Shown here piece after piece: positions 8,559 through 18,844 of a DNA stretch of 32,000 bases (position 1 is its first letter; each line of letters opens with the position of its first letter). This stretch comes from Candidatus Methanoperedens sp. (GTDB taxonomy: Archaea > Halobacteriota > Methanosarcinia > Methanosarcinales > Methanoperedenaceae), in the NCBI GenBank assembly GCA_012026835.1, contig VEPN01000016.1:19328-51327 (forward strand), read 5' to 3'. Made by a program: the position numbers and the translations under genes. The notes beneath the pieces are model-generated. The model was given only the letters and a program-made list of their open reading frames with translations, did not search any database and was not told the origin of the DNA.

Positions 8559-10012
8559 AAAACCCCACGACCGGACTGGACGCTGTTATTTTCGGATTGA
8601 TTGATAGCAATGTCCAAATCGTAACAGGCGTTCCGGGTTATCCTATAACTGAGCTGATGGATGCACTTCCTGGAAAAATAAAACACGAATGGTCAGTCAA
8701 CGAAAAAGTGGCACTTGAAGTAGCTCTCGGTTCCTCGGTGTGCGGTGAACGAAGCGCAGTCATAACAAAACATGTGGGGATGAATATCCTTGCAGACCCG
8801 CTTGTCAGTTCTACAACGCATACAATAGGCGCAGGCGTGATAATAATTGCCGGAGACGACCCCGGTGTCCAGAAATCCCAGAACGAGCAGGATTCAAGAT
8901 ACTTCGGCCTTGTGGCTGAAGTCCCGGTTTTTGATCCCTCAAAGCCGGATACCGCATATCGCTGTGTCAAAGAGGCATTCCTCCTATCGGAAGAAGCCAG
9001 CACCCCTGTAATAATCAGGATCACTGATAGGCTCCTGAAAAGTAAAGGCAAAATTATGCGGAAAACCGAAGCAGAATCAGGGATACCTATTTTTGACAAG
9101 AAAATATGGCTTCTCACAATGCTTGGGAAGCACCAGCGTTTTCACAAGTATTCTTCTCCAAAAATGTGTGAATATTCAGAAGGATCAAATTTAAATTCAT
9201 CTACAAAAAGAGGGGACATAGGGATAATCTCATCCGGTTATCCTTCATCTTTAGTGGAATCTGTTATAAATGACAATATCTCCCACATGTCCCTGCAAAT
9301 CACTAATCCGCTGCCAAAGGAACTTGTGAATAGCTTCATAAATAACCATACACGTGTCCTTGTCGTGGAGGAGACGGAGCCTGTTATTGAGAGACAGCTT
9401 ACAAAAAGGGTGCTTGGAAAACTGACGGGCCATCTACCTTTCGGGATTATCGAAGTGAATGATATCCTGAAGGCTATCGAGAAAATAAACGATGACAAAG
9501 TCGAATCCGATTTAATACCCCAGCAAATCAGAGAAAGAGGAGCCCGGCCCCTGTGCGAGGACTGCCCTTATCTGCCACTTTATGATGCTATCAAAGAATT
9601 GGATGTACCGGTTGCAGGCGATGTGGGATGTTCCATACTGGCCTCATCGCCCCCTTTATCTATTATTGATGCCGCCTTCTCGCTTGGGTCATCTGTCGGT
9701 ACAGCGTCAGGGTTTAACAGGAAAGGGATAGCGATAATAGGAGATTTTGGCCTCGCCCATTCTGGAATGGCAGGAATTATCAATGCAGTCTATAATAAAC
9801 ACGATCTGCTGGTAATTGTACTGCAAAATGAAGTATCGGCCATGACAGGGGGGCAGGGGGTGCCTGACCTGACAGAACTCGTAAGTTATTGCGTTAAAGA
9901 TACGGCTATAATAGATCCACGGGCCGGCAATTTAAAAAATCTGATGGATATGAAACTTAAAACAAAGGGTGTTTCTGTGATTCTGGCCCGTGCACGATGC
10001 CCAAAGTTTTAA
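8555..10012 (+). CDS. Indolepyruvate:ferredoxin oxidoreductase alpha-like TPP enzyme, lacking a ferredoxin domain and an IorB partner
   Basis: IorA-like blocks are present (NEKVALEVALGSS, HVGMNILADPL, AGDDPGVQKSQNEQDSRYF, RPLCEDCPY), as is a TPP motif GDFGLAHSGMAG...LQNE. I chose the ATG at 8555 (ATGA overlap with the upstream stop). The 8411 start in the ORF track would add an Arg-rich out-of-context extension. Confidence 0.75.
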   Translation: MKNPTTGLDAVIFGLIDSNVQIVTGVPGYPITELMDALPGKIKHEWSVNEKVALEVALGSSVCGERSAVITKHVGMNILADPLVSSTTHTIGAGVIIIAGDDPGVQKSQNEQDSRYFGLVAEVPVFDPSKPDTAYRCVKEAFLLSEEASTPVIIRITDRLLKSKGKIMRKTEAESGIPIFDKKIWLLTMLGKHQRFHKYSSPKMCEYSEGSNLNSSTKRGDIGIISSGYPSSLVESVINDNISHMSLQITNPLPKELVNSFINNHTRVLVVEETEPVIERQLTKRVLGKLTGHLPFGIIEVNDILKAIEKINDDKVESDLIPQQIRERGARPLCEDCPYLPLYDAIKELDVPVAGDVGCSILASSPPLSIIDAAFSLGSSVGTASGFNRKGIAIIGDFGLAHSGMAGIINAVYNKHDLLVIVLQNEVSAMTGGQGVPDLTELVSYCVKDTAIIDPRAGNLKNLMDMKLKTKGVSVILARARCPKF

Positions 10013-10031
10013 CGCCATTATAATATTTCAA

Positions 10032-10056
10032 CGCCATTGAAATATTTGCTATGGTT
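10032..10056 (+). terminator. Hairpin AATATTTCA-acgccat-TGAAATATT downstream of the IorA-like gene
   Basis: A perfect 9-bp inverted repeat lies 20 nt after the stop. It overlaps a direct repeat AACGCCATT (10021 and 10040). Its function is not established. Confidence 0.3.
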
Positions 10057-10274
10057 TAAAATTTATACTAGTTCAGCCATTTATAATCTACCAGATGTTA
10101 AGGCAGGTTGGGGACTGAAAAACGTAATTCTATTTTTGATTATTAATGATTGAGACTGTTGATGTTCGTAACAAATTTCAGATGTTAACCCATCTATTGT
10201 TTTTTTATTTTGTTTCAGAGGTAAACAATATATATATACAGCACCAAGTTGGCGAAGAAATTCAGGAGGATATT

Positions 10275-12341
10275 ATGGATTCATTGTTGTATTCGGCCCC
10301 GCTTGCGGGCCTGGTCGGTTTATTGTTTGCCGTGTATCTTGCTTTGTATATACTCAAACTGGATGCAGGAACAGACAGGATGAAAGCCATCGCATCCGCC
10401 ATACAGGAAGGTGCAATGGCTTATCTGAACAGGCAGTACAGGACAGTGGCAATCATTGCCGTGATACTTGCGATATTGATCGCAGTTGCAATCAATATGG
10501 AAACTGCCGTGGGATTCATCCTTGGCGCGGTCATGTCAGCCGCAGCCGGTTACCTGGGGATGAACATATCCGTAAGAAGCAATGTGCGCTGCGCGAATGC
10601 CGCAAAAGAAGGCATGCAGAAAGCCCTGAACGTTGCATTCAAGGGCGGCGCTGTTACGGGAATATCCGTGGCAAGCCTTGCGCTTCTTGGCGTAAGCGGT
10701 CTCTACATAGCTTTCGGCGGGGATATAAAAGCCGTTGAAAAAGTAGTGGGGTTCGGCTTTGGCGCCTCGCTCATAAGTCTTTTCGCAAGGATTGGAGGCG
10801 GGATATATACCAAGGCGGCCGACGTGGGCACTGACCTTGTGGGGAAAGTGGAAGCTGGTATCCCCGAAGACGACCCGCGAAACCCCGGCGTCATTGCTGA
10901 CAATGTAGGGGATAATGTGGGCGACTGCGCAGGAATGGCAGCCGACCTTTTCGAAACATATGCGGTGACTGCGCTAGGTGCAATGCTCATAGGAGTCACG
11001 GTCATTGATAAATATCCGAATGCGGTCATGTACCCGCTTGTTCTCGGCGCGGCAGCAATAATCGCTTCCATAGTCGGTACGTTCTTTGTAAAGTTAGGGA
11101 AGTCCGGCGATATAATGGGGGCTATGTATAAAGGCGCAATAGTGGCAGGATTGATATCTGTGGTGCTGTTCTACCTGATAACACAGCGGTTGATGGAAGG
11201 CAATACAGGTCTCTTCATAAGTGCGCTTGTGGGTCTTGGCGTAACGGCGGCAATGATAATCATCACAGAATATTACACGGCCACGACCCATGCCCCGGTC
11301 AAGGATATCGCCAATGCTTCGGTGACCGGTCCGGGAACCAACATCATTACCGGGCTTGCAGTGGGCCTGCAGAGCACCGCTTTGCCAGTCCTTGTGATTT
11401 GCGCCGGGATATTGATCTCATTTTACGTAAACGGAGGCGCTTCCAACCCATCAATGGGACTTTACGGCATAGCCATAGCGGCAGCAGCCATGCTTTCAGT
11501 TACCGGAATTATAATTTCCATCGACTCATACGGCCCGATAACAGATAACGCAGGCGGGATAGCAGAAATGGCAGAATTATCAAAGGAAGTAAGGGACATC
11601 ACCGATCCGCTTGATGCCGTGGGAAATACCACAAAAGCGGTCACGAAAGGTTATGCCATAGGCTCTGCTGCTCTGGGCGCGCTTGCACTTTATGCGGCAT
11701 ACAGCAGCGAAATTAACAAACTGCTTCTTGAGCAGGGGAAGGCGGAACTGGTGCTTAAGCTCTCAGACCCGATGGTCTTGATAGGTCTGCTTATCGGAGG
11801 CATGATACCTTTCCTGTTCGCAAGTTTCCTTATGAAGGCAGTGGGCAGGGCGGCATCCACCATTGTTTCTGAGATCAGGAGGCAGTTCAGGGAGATAGCC
11901 GGCATTATGGAAGGAAAAGCAAAACCCGATTACGGGCGCTGCGTGGATATCGTCACAATAGCGGCCCAGAAGGAAATGATAATCCCGGGATTGCTTGCAG
12001 TTCTTTCGCCTCTCCTTGTGGGCTTTATATTCGGTCCTGCGGCGCTTGGAGGCCTTCTTATCGGAGTCATTATCTCAGGTCTGCTTCTTGCCCTTATGAT
12101 GACGACTGGCGGGGCAGCATGGGATAACGCTAAGAAATATATCGAATCCGGCAACCTCGGAGGAAAGAGATTGCCTGACGGCAGCAAGAACCCGACGCAC
12201 GCTGCGGCAGTGGTGGGCGACACTGTGGGTGACCCTACAAAAGATACGGCAGGTCCTGCCATCAACCCGCTGATAAAAGTGATGAATATAGTGGCAATAT
12301 TGTTTGCGGCGCTTATTTTAAAGTACAGCCTTCTGGGTTAA
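10275..12341 (+). CDS. hppA: Membrane-bound proton-translocating pyrophosphatase, K+-independent type
   Basis: This is a multi-TM protein with diagnostic motifs [31 protein letters not shown] and [12 protein letters not shown]. The [10 protein letters not shown] motif (Lys/Thr instead of Ala/Gly) marks the K+-independent subfamily. The start was moved to ATG 10275, which follows AGGAGGA. Confidence 0.93.
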   Translation: MDSLLYSAPLAGLVGLLFAVYLALYILKLDAGTDRMKAIASAIQEGAMAYLNRQYRTVAIIAVILAILIAVAINMETAVGFILGAVMSAAAGYLGMNISVRSNVRCANAAKEGMQKALNVAFKGGAVTGISVASLALLGVSGLYIAFGGDIKAVEKVVGFGFGASLISLFARIGGGIYTKAADVGTDLVGKVEAGIPEDDPRNPGVIADNVGDNVGDCAGMAADLFETYAVTALGAMLIGVTVIDKYPNAVMYPLVLGAAAIIASIVGTFFVKLGKSGDIMGAMYKGAIVAGLISVVLFYLITQRLMEGNTGLFISALVGLGVTAAMIIITEYYTATTHAPVKDIANASVTGPGTNIITGLAVGLQSTALPVLVICAGILISFYVNGGASNPSMGLYGIAIAAAAMLSVTGIIISIDSYGPITDNAGGIAEMAELSKEVRDITDPLDAVGNTTKAVTKGYAIGSAALGALALYAAYSSEINKLLLEQGKAELVLKLSDPMVLIGLLIGGMIPFLFASFLMKAVGRAASTIVSEIRRQFREIAGIMEGKAKPDYGRCVDIVTIAAQKEMIIPGLLAVLSPLLVGFIFGPAALGGLLIGVIISGLLLALMMTTGGAAWDNAKKYIESGNLGGKRLPDGSKNPTHAAAVVGDTVGDPTKDTAGPAINPLIKVMNIVAILFAALILKYSLLG

Positions 12342-12366
12342 GGCTGTAACTTTTCTTTTTTATTTT
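12326..12366 (+). terminator. Stem-loop CAGCCTT-ctgggtt-AAGGCTG followed by TTTTCTTTTTTATTTT
   Basis: A 7-bp perfect stem spans the hppA stop codon and a long T-rich run follows it. Both were read directly. Confidence 0.5.
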
Positions 12367-12418
12367 CCGGGTCTATAGTTATACGAAGATTTTTATTATT
12401 CAAAGGCAATTCTATATT

Positions 12419-14143
12419 ATGCTTTTGAAGGAGAAGATATTCGCCGGGGAAGGGAAGATCAAGGCTGATACGATACTGAAAAACTGCATGATCGTTAACG
12501 TCAACACAAAAGAGATCACAAAAGGCGATATTGCCATTAGTTCGGGGTTCATCGCTGGTATTGGCGACGTCGATGAATTGAAAGGCCAAAAAACGGATTC
12601 TATCGATTTAAAGAACGCCCATGTCTGCCCCGGATTGATAGACGGGCATATGCATTTTGAATCGAGCATGGTAACACTTACGCAATTTGTGAAACAATCC
12701 ATGCTTCATGGAACAACAGGTATTGTCATTGACCCTCATGAGATCGCAAATATCCTTGGTGCAAAAGGTATCAGGCTCGTGCTTCGTGAGACAAAATGGC
12801 TTCCGATCGATGTTTTTGTGACAATCCCATCATGTGTGCCCTCAAGCCTGCTTGAGACATCAGGTGCCCGGCTGGGGCTAAATGAGATCACAAAGTTCCT
12901 GCGCACAGAATTCGTGGTGGGGCTTGGCGAGATGATGGATTATCCGGCGGTTCTTGGCGGCGCCCCCGAAAAGCTCAGGATAATTTCAGAAACTCTTGAA
13001 AAAAAACTCGTCGTTGACGGTCACTGCCCCGGTTTGCATGGAAAGGAGCTTTTCGGATATCTGAGCGCCGGGATATCAAGCGACCACGAGTCCGTAACTT
13101 ATGAAGAAGCGCTTGAAAAGGCGCGCCTGGGAATGAAGATAATGCTTCGGGAGGGCTCGGCCGCAAAATGCCTTGATGATTTCATCCCCAAGCTGGTTCG
13201 TGATGGAATCTCTCTTGAAAACTTTTTCTTCGCTACTGATGACAAGAATCCCGCAGACCTTGTGAAAGGACACATGGATGTGCTGGTAAGGGCCGCGATC
13301 AGTCTCGGGATAGACCCAATCCAGGCGATCTCAATGGCCACAATCAACACGGCACGCCATTACAGGGTGGACCAGCTTGTTGGATCGATAAGCATAGGCC
13401 GGAGGGCGAATTTGATAATACTTGATGACCTGAAACATTTCAGGATCAGGAACGTAGTGGTAAGGGGCAGATTAAATCCAAGAATTGAAAAAATAGAATA
13501 TCCCCGATATGTTTTCAGGACATTGGAATATAAAAAAATAGTACCTGATGATCTGAAGCTCAAATCCCCTGGTAAAATTGTATTTGCCCATGTCATAGAA
13601 ATCGTACCTGGGAAGATTATCACAAACATGACCATAGAAGAGCTTAGCACTGAGAAAAATGTTGTGCAACCTGATGTGGGACGCGATATCCTTGCCATTG
13701 CGGTTATAGGACGACATGGGAAATCCGGAAACATCGGCCTGGGTTTTGTCCGGGGCTTTGGTCTGAAAGAAGGAGCTCTTGGCCAGAGTATTGCCCATGA
13801 TTCGCACAATGTCGTCCTTGCAGGTACGAACTTTGAGGATATGGCGCTTTGTGCGAACAAGCTCAAAGAATTGCAGGGCGGGATAGTGCTTGCCAGAAAC
13901 AGGGTTATAGATTACCTCAGCCTGCCTTTTGCAGGTATTCTTAGCACTGATAACGTAAATAATGTTGATATAAAACTGAAAAAACTGCATAGCAAGGTCA
14001 GGAAAATGGGATGCAGGCTCGATGCGCCTTTTACACAGATGTCTTTCCTTTCACTGCCGGTCATACCCTCTCTCAAAATAACTGATAAAGGACTGGTAGA
14101 TGTGGATGAGTTTAAAATAATAAAGCCTATAAAAAGCCCCTGA
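12419..14143 (+). CDS. ade: Adenine deaminase (amidohydrolase superfamily)
   Basis: The 574-aa protein has the metal-binding motif PGLIDGHMHFESS and the length and organisation characteristic of adenine deaminase. Confidence 0.88.
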   Translation: MLLKEKIFAGEGKIKADTILKNCMIVNVNTKEITKGDIAISSGFIAGIGDVDELKGQKTDSIDLKNAHVCPGLIDGHMHFESSMVTLTQFVKQSMLHGTTGIVIDPHEIANILGAKGIRLVLRETKWLPIDVFVTIPSCVPSSLLETSGARLGLNEITKFLRTEFVVGLGEMMDYPAVLGGAPEKLRIISETLEKKLVVDGHCPGLHGKELFGYLSAGISSDHESVTYEEALEKARLGMKIMLREGSAAKCLDDFIPKLVRDGISLENFFFATDDKNPADLVKGHMDVLVRAAISLGIDPIQAISMATINTARHYRVDQLVGSISIGRRANLIILDDLKHFRIRNVVVRGRLNPRIEKIEYPRYVFRTLEYKKIVPDDLKLKSPGKIVFAHVIEIVPGKIITNMTIEELSTEKNVVQPDVGRDILAIAVIGRHGKSGNIGLGFVRGFGLKEGALGQSIAHDSHNVVLAGTNFEDMALCANKLKELQGGIVLARNRVIDYLSLPFAGILSTDNVNNVDIKLKKLHSKVRKMGCRLDAPFTQMSFLSLPVIPSLKITDKGLVDVDEFKIIKPIKSP

Positions 14144-14294
14144 GATTTATGGATAAATTATAGCAATGGAATAACTATATTGGTAGTTACGGAGTTAGAA
14201 CTACTTGTAAGAAAGATAAATTAACTTATACTTTTCAAAAAACCCAAGAGTATAAATCACAAATTATTTAAGGCATCAGGATAACATTAATCTG

Positions 14295-14314
14295 AAAAAC
14301 GGGATAAAAACGGG
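14295..14314. promoter_or_regulatory. Direct repeat AAAAACGGG x2, spaced 11 bp, upstream of the cytochrome operon
   Basis: AAAAACGGG-at-AAAAACGGG lies about 60-80 nt upstream of the ATG at 14373, in an AT-rich leader. It is a candidate regulator site only. Confidence 0.2.
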
Positions 14315-14372
14315 TACAATATCCACAATGGATAGGAAAACGTATTAAAATGGTTAAGAGAGGTAAAGAATA

Positions 14373-15329
14373 ATGTTACTTATTAGTTCGAGCGTATGCT
14401 CATTATTGAAAAAAAATTATGTGGTGATTTTAATTGCAGCATTAATTTTATTAATCCCGGACGTCTCTGCCCAGCAGGACGTATCCTGTTACCACTGTCA
14501 TACAGCGGTAGTCAATGAATTCAGGAATAACATCCATTACCAAGGGGGCTTCTCCTGCGCGGACTGCCATGGAGGCGTTTTGGAGTCTAACACTACTGTA
14601 ATATCAGCCAATGCGATGTCGGGGAATTTTATTGGAAAGCCTTCAAGAAACAATATAACCGACATATGCTCAAAATGCCATAGTCGGGAAGCAAGCGACT
14701 ACAAACAGAGCATTCACTGGTATGCCATTGAGAAAGGCCATCCTGAAGCAGCGACATGCACGGACTGTCATGGAGTACATGAGATACGTGCAATAGCGGA
14801 TAACAAGTCATTATCGAACCACCAGAACAGTCCTGCTACATGTGCAAAGTGCCACTCGAACAAGGAATTAATGAGCGCATGGTATTATGGCATCAAAACT
14901 GACAGGATCGATACTTATAAAGAATCTTTCCACTGGAAGGCGCTACGAAATGGATACAACGTAGTTGCAACCTGCGCGGATTGTCACAATAATCACGTCA
15001 CAAAATCGCATGAAGATCCTTCATCAAGCACATATCCCGACAACCTTCCCAAAACATGCGGCAAGGAAGGCTGCCATCCAGGGGCAAGATTTGACGCCAA
15101 GGTAGCAGCGGGGCTTGTACATGATAAGGAATCATTGCATACAGGAGAACTTGTATTCAACCAGTCACGCCTTGATCCGCAGATGAAGGCATATTTCCTC
15201 GGCCCTTTTGATCTTGCTTACTGGATAGCTATATTTTTCAAGATACTGACAACAGGCGTCATAGGTCTCTTTGCTGCCATGGTAATTCTGGATTTCGCCT
15301 CAAGATTCAAGATACACAGGAGATGGTGA
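14373..15329 (+). CDS. Membrane-anchored multiheme cytochrome c (six CXXCH plus one CX4CH)
   Basis: There is a signal peptide (..IPDVSA/QQD). Heme motifs are CYHCH, CADCH, CSKCH, CTDCH, CAKCH, CADCH and CGKEGCH. A C-terminal TM helix is present (WIAIFFKILTTGVIGLFAAMVIL). Confidence 0.9.
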   Translation: MLLISSSVCSLLKKNYVVILIAALILLIPDVSAQQDVSCYHCHTAVVNEFRNNIHYQGGFSCADCHGGVLESNTTVISANAMSGNFIGKPSRNNITDICSKCHSREASDYKQSIHWYAIEKGHPEAATCTDCHGVHEIRAIADNKSLSNHQNSPATCAKCHSNKELMSAWYYGIKTDRIDTYKESFHWKALRNGYNVVATCADCHNNHVTKSHEDPSSSTYPDNLPKTCGKEGCHPGARFDAKVAAGLVHDKESLHTGELVFNQSRLDPQMKAYFLGPFDLAYWIAIFFKILTTGVIGLFAAMVILDFASRFKIHRRW

Positions 15330-15391
15330 CTATGCGAGAGCAATCATTAATTGAGGTTTCATATTCTAAGGAACTGAAAGGAGATAACACG

Positions 15392-16090
15392 ATGGGTGAA
15401 GTTTTTTTTAAACGTTTTACATTCAATCAACTTGTACAGCACTGGGTAATGATAGCCACGTTCATGGCCTTGGTGGTAACAGGGATGCCTGTCAAATTCC
15501 CTGATGCATGGTGGTCGCCCGTGATCATCAACATGGTCGGGGGATTTGAAATGAGAACATTGATACACCATGCAGCCGGTATTTCAATGGTAATGCTTGG
15601 TATATACCATATCACCTACCATGTTTTTGTTGATAAAGAGTCCCTGCTTGACAGGAAAGTGTGGCCCACATTGAAAGATGCAAAGGACTTCTGGCAAACG
15701 GTCCTTTTTTACTTCGGGAAAGCAGAAAACCCAAAATACGGCAGGTATAGCTGGAAAGAAAAATTCGATTACTGGGGAGCTTTCTGGGGTATGGTGATGC
15801 TTTGCGTAACAGGTCTCATAATGATGTTCCCGTTCATCGCAATGGAATACATACCTTATGCATATGTCCATCTTGCAACTATTATCCATACAGATGAAGC
15901 ATTACTGGCGACCCTGTTTATTTTTATAGTCCACTGGTGGAATGTTCATTACAGCCCTGAGGTATTCCCAATGTCGAAAGCATGGCTGACCGGCAACCTT
16001 TCAGAGGAACAGATGAAGCATGAACATCCCCTTGAATACGAGGAAATTATGAGACAGATGCGGGAAAAAAACGAAAAGGTGCCTGATTGA
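15392..16090 (+). CDS. Dihaem b-type cytochrome, FdnI/HydC (prokaryotic cytochrome b561) family
   Basis: The protein has 4-5 TM helices with conserved His in TM1 (VQHW), TM2 (IHHAAG) and TM4/5 (IIHTDE, VHWWNVH). ATG 15392 is preceded by AAAGGAGA. An alternative ATG at 15323 overlaps the cytochrome c stop (ATGGTGA). Confidence 0.85.
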   Translation: MGEVFFKRFTFNQLVQHWVMIATFMALVVTGMPVKFPDAWWSPVIINMVGGFEMRTLIHHAAGISMVMLGIYHITYHVFVDKESLLDRKVWPTLKDAKDFWQTVLFYFGKAENPKYGRYSWKEKFDYWGAFWGMVMLCVTGLIMMFPFIAMEYIPYAYVHLATIIHTDEALLATLFIFIVHWWNVHYSPEVFPMSKAWLTGNLSEEQMKHEHPLEYEEIMRQMREKNEKVPD

Positions 16091-16116
16091 TTTCTTCCCC
16101 CTCTTTTTTATTTATA
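16091..16116 (+). terminator. T-rich tract after the cytochrome operon
   Basis: TTTCTTCCCCCTCTTTTTTATTTA follows the stop directly. Confidence 0.35.
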
Positions 16117-16203
16117 GAATCCTGAGAAAAAGCATTTGTGCAAATTCTTAAATATTTCACTTGAGTATTTTAAAGTGGAATTGAAATCCAGGGAAGTATT
16201 TTA

Positions 16204-17343
16204 ATGCGCCATCCGAAACATAATTACTGGGAAGGAAAATCGATATCTCCACTATCGCTGACCGGGAATTTGACCATAACGGAACTTGTTGATGACATAT
16301 TCGATGGTATGGGGTATAATGCGAAAAGACTGGCTGAGGCCTGCCACCTGTTCAAGGCAATGATAGATGAGAACTCAACAGTATGCCTGACACTGGCAGG
16401 CGCAATGACACCAGTGGGTATGGGCGGGGGAATTATCAAGATGATAGAGAACGGTTTTATCGACTGGATAGTTACAACAGGGGCGAATACATATCATGAT
16501 ATGCATTTCGCATACGGGCTGCCTGTGCACCAGGGGGATTACACGGCCGATGACAACGAACTGGCGGATAATGATGTTGTCAGGATATATGATGTTTATA
16601 TCGACATGGAACGCACGCTTATGGCCCAGGATAAGATCATCCAGGCGCTTACCAGGAAAGCGGTCGAAAGGAACCTGTTCCCTGGAAAATTCTCAACCGC
16701 GTATTATTATAAAACCCTCGGCGAAGGGATACTGGAGACTACAAAGCACCCTGAGCGTTCATTCATTGCCTCAGCCTCAAGGAACAATGTCCCGGTTTTT
16801 GTGCCATCTTTTGCCGACTCTTCAGTCGGGATGAACACAAGTTATATTCCCATCATAGCAAGCGCGATATCGGGTTCAAAAGATCTCAACACCGTGGATT
16901 TTGTTGACCCAAGCCCCACGATGGATGTTCTTGAAAGTGCTGCCATAGTTTTTAGCAGCATGAAGGAAGATATACCGCGTGGCGCTCTTGAAGTCGGCGG
17001 AGGTGTTCCTAAGAATTTCCTGCAGCAGACAGCGCCTACTATCTCCCAGATACTTGGAATGGAGTGCCCGGGTGAGAATTATGTTGTGCAGGTAACTGTT
17101 GACCGCCCGGATACCGGGGGGCTTTCAGGAGCTACGATCAATGAAGGTAAATCATGGGGAAAAATCCCGAAAGCAGGAGAGGGAAATGTTGTACCGTACC
17201 TTGATGCAACAGTCGGGATCCCGATAATTTTTGCTTATGCCCTTGAGAACTGCAAGCCAAGGAAACTTAAGAGGTATGGCAACAGATTACCCCGGCTGGC
17301 AGGGGAGCTTGTGGAAGCGGCTAAGGAGAAAGTGGAGAAATAA
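16204..17343 (+). CDS. dys: Deoxyhypusine synthase
   Basis: The 379-aa protein has TLAGAMTPVGMGG and TTGANTYHD NAD-binding blocks and the catalytic-lysine motif NEGKSWGKI. Confidence 0.88.
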   Translation: MRHPKHNYWEGKSISPLSLTGNLTITELVDDIFDGMGYNAKRLAEACHLFKAMIDENSTVCLTLAGAMTPVGMGGGIIKMIENGFIDWIVTTGANTYHDMHFAYGLPVHQGDYTADDNELADNDVVRIYDVYIDMERTLMAQDKIIQALTRKAVERNLFPGKFSTAYYYKTLGEGILETTKHPERSFIASASRNNVPVFVPSFADSSVGMNTSYIPIIASAISGSKDLNTVDFVDPSPTMDVLESAAIVFSSMKEDIPRGALEVGGGVPKNFLQQTAPTISQILGMECPGENYVVQVTVDRPDTGGLSGATINEGKSWGKIPKAGEGNVVPYLDATVGIPIIFAYALENCKPRKLKRYGNRLPRLAGELVEAAKEKVEK

Positions 17344-17384
17344 GTTCGTAGATTTTAAAAGTCACGCTTTATCACCTAACAGTT

Positions 17385-17398
17385 TTGTTATATAACAA
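17385..17398. terminator. Perfect 14-bp palindrome TTGTTATATAACAA between convergent genes
   Basis: Read directly. It is flanked by a direct repeat TTTTGTTAT and lies in the 112-bp gap between the dys and flavoprotein stops, so it may be a bidirectional terminator. Confidence 0.3.
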
Positions 17399-17455
17399 TT
17401 TTGTTATGTGCCACGGATAATCAATATATTTGCAAAATAAATTATTCTGTTAAAC

Positions 17456-18844
17456 TCACCCCACCTTCTTCAAAATCCCCCTTCCCGCAATCACCCCGGT
17501 CGCCGCGGCATTCACGATATCCCTCGAAAGACCCGCGCCGTCACCTGCTGCAAAAAGGTTCCTTACAGTGCTTTCCATGTTCCTGTCAACAAGAACCTGC
17601 ATGGAATAGAACTTTATTTCTGGAGCATAAAGCAATGTCGAATCCGATGCCACACCAGGGATTATCTCATTCAGTACTTCAAGCCCTTCGATAATATCAG
17701 TGACTATGCGGTGCGGCAGCGCCATTGAAATATCCCCCGGGGTTATGTCCTTTAATGTATTTACCACGGGATTCTTCTTCAGCCTGTTTTCGGTACTGCG
17801 CCTGCCCCTCCTGAGGTCGCCCATCCTTTGCAACACGGGTTTACCTCCGCCGATTGTGGTTGCCAGCTTTGCAATCGACCTGCCGTATCGCACCGTGTTC
17901 TCGATAGGCTCCGTAAGCTCCACTCTCACGATAAAGGCAAAATTCGTGTTCTCTGAGCGCGTGTTCGTCATGGAATGACCGTTCGTGGCTATGAAGTCCT
18001 CATATTCCTCCTTGACAACAAAACCATGCTCATTGGTGCAGAACGTCCTTACGAAATCGTCGTATGTTTTTGTCTGGATATGGAATTTCGGGTCGCGATT
18101 GATCTTTGTCACGGGGTCCATTACGATAGCGGGAACCTCCACCCTGACACCCACATCGATAGGAGCATATTTTGCCCCTATATTATGTTTATTTATTATC
18201 TCGTCTATCCATTTCGCCCCAACTCTTCCGGGCGCTATGATCGTAAAACGCGAGTGCAATTCTGTCCCGTCTTTTAAAACAACACCCCTGCATTCCCCGC
18301 CCTCGATGATGAGGTCTTCCACCCTTGTATCAAGCAGGAATTCAACTCCTCTTTCTTTAAGATCCTTCTCGAAGTTCCTGATAACCACAGGAGCATTATC
18401 AGATCCGATGTGCCTCTGGATGATTTCAATGAACCGCGCGCCCACGGATGCGGCACGCCTTTTCAGTTCCTCGACCCTGCCGCCTTTCGGGATATAAAGA
18501 TGGTCAGGCGCACCGTATTTAAGAAAAACCTCATCCACATGGTCGACAAGCTGCCAGGCATAATCCCTGTCGCCCGTCTGCTCAGCAAGATCTCCCCCGA
18601 TATCGGGTCGCAGGTTCAGCGTTCCGTCAGAAAATGTGCCTGCCCCGCCCACACCGCACATGATATCGCAGGGGTCACAATGCATGCAGATGCTCCGCAG
18701 GTTCATTTTACAGTTGCGTTCACCGATATCCCGTCCCTGATCTATTATCAGCACTTTCATCTTTTCTGCAAGCTCATCTGCTGCAAACATACCCGCAGGC
18801 CCGGCGCCTACTATGATGACATCGTATTCCTCTTTTTGATTCAT
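17456..18844 (-). CDS. FAD-dependent dehydrogenase (COG2509-type, function unknown)
   Basis: The 462-aa protein has the N-terminal dinucleotide fold YDVIIVGAGPAGMFAA, a Cys-rich insert CMHCDPCDIMCGVGGAGTFSDG and a C-terminal AAGDGAG motif. Confidence 0.8.
   Translation of the reverse strand: MNQKEEYDVIIVGAGPAGMFAADELAEKMKVLIIDQGRDIGERNCKMNLRSICMHCDPCDIMCGVGGAGTFSDGTLNLRPDIGGDLAEQTGDRDYAWQLVDHVDEVFLKYGAPDHLYIPKGGRVEELKRRAASVGARFIEIIQRHIGSDNAPVVIRNFEKDLKERGVEFLLDTRVEDLIIEGGECRGVVLKDGTELHSRFTIIAPGRVGAKWIDEIINKHNIGAKYAPIDVGVRVEVPAIVMDPVTKINRDPKFHIQTKTYDDFVRTFCTNEHGFVVKEEYEDFIATNGHSMTNTRSENTNFAFIVRVELTEPIENTVRYGRSIAKLATTIGGGKPVLQRMGDLRRGRRSTENRLKKNPVVNTLKDITPGDISMALPHRIVTDIIEGLEVLNEIIPGVASDSTLLYAPEIKFYSMQVLVDRNMESTVRNLFAAGDGAGLSRDIVNAAATGVIAGRGILKKVG

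Noticed and set aside
10146-10274. Upstream extension of the pyrophosphatase ORF
   Set aside because: ATG 10275 is preceded by AGGAGGA and gives the typical N-terminus directly before TM1. The extension is AT-rich leader sequence.
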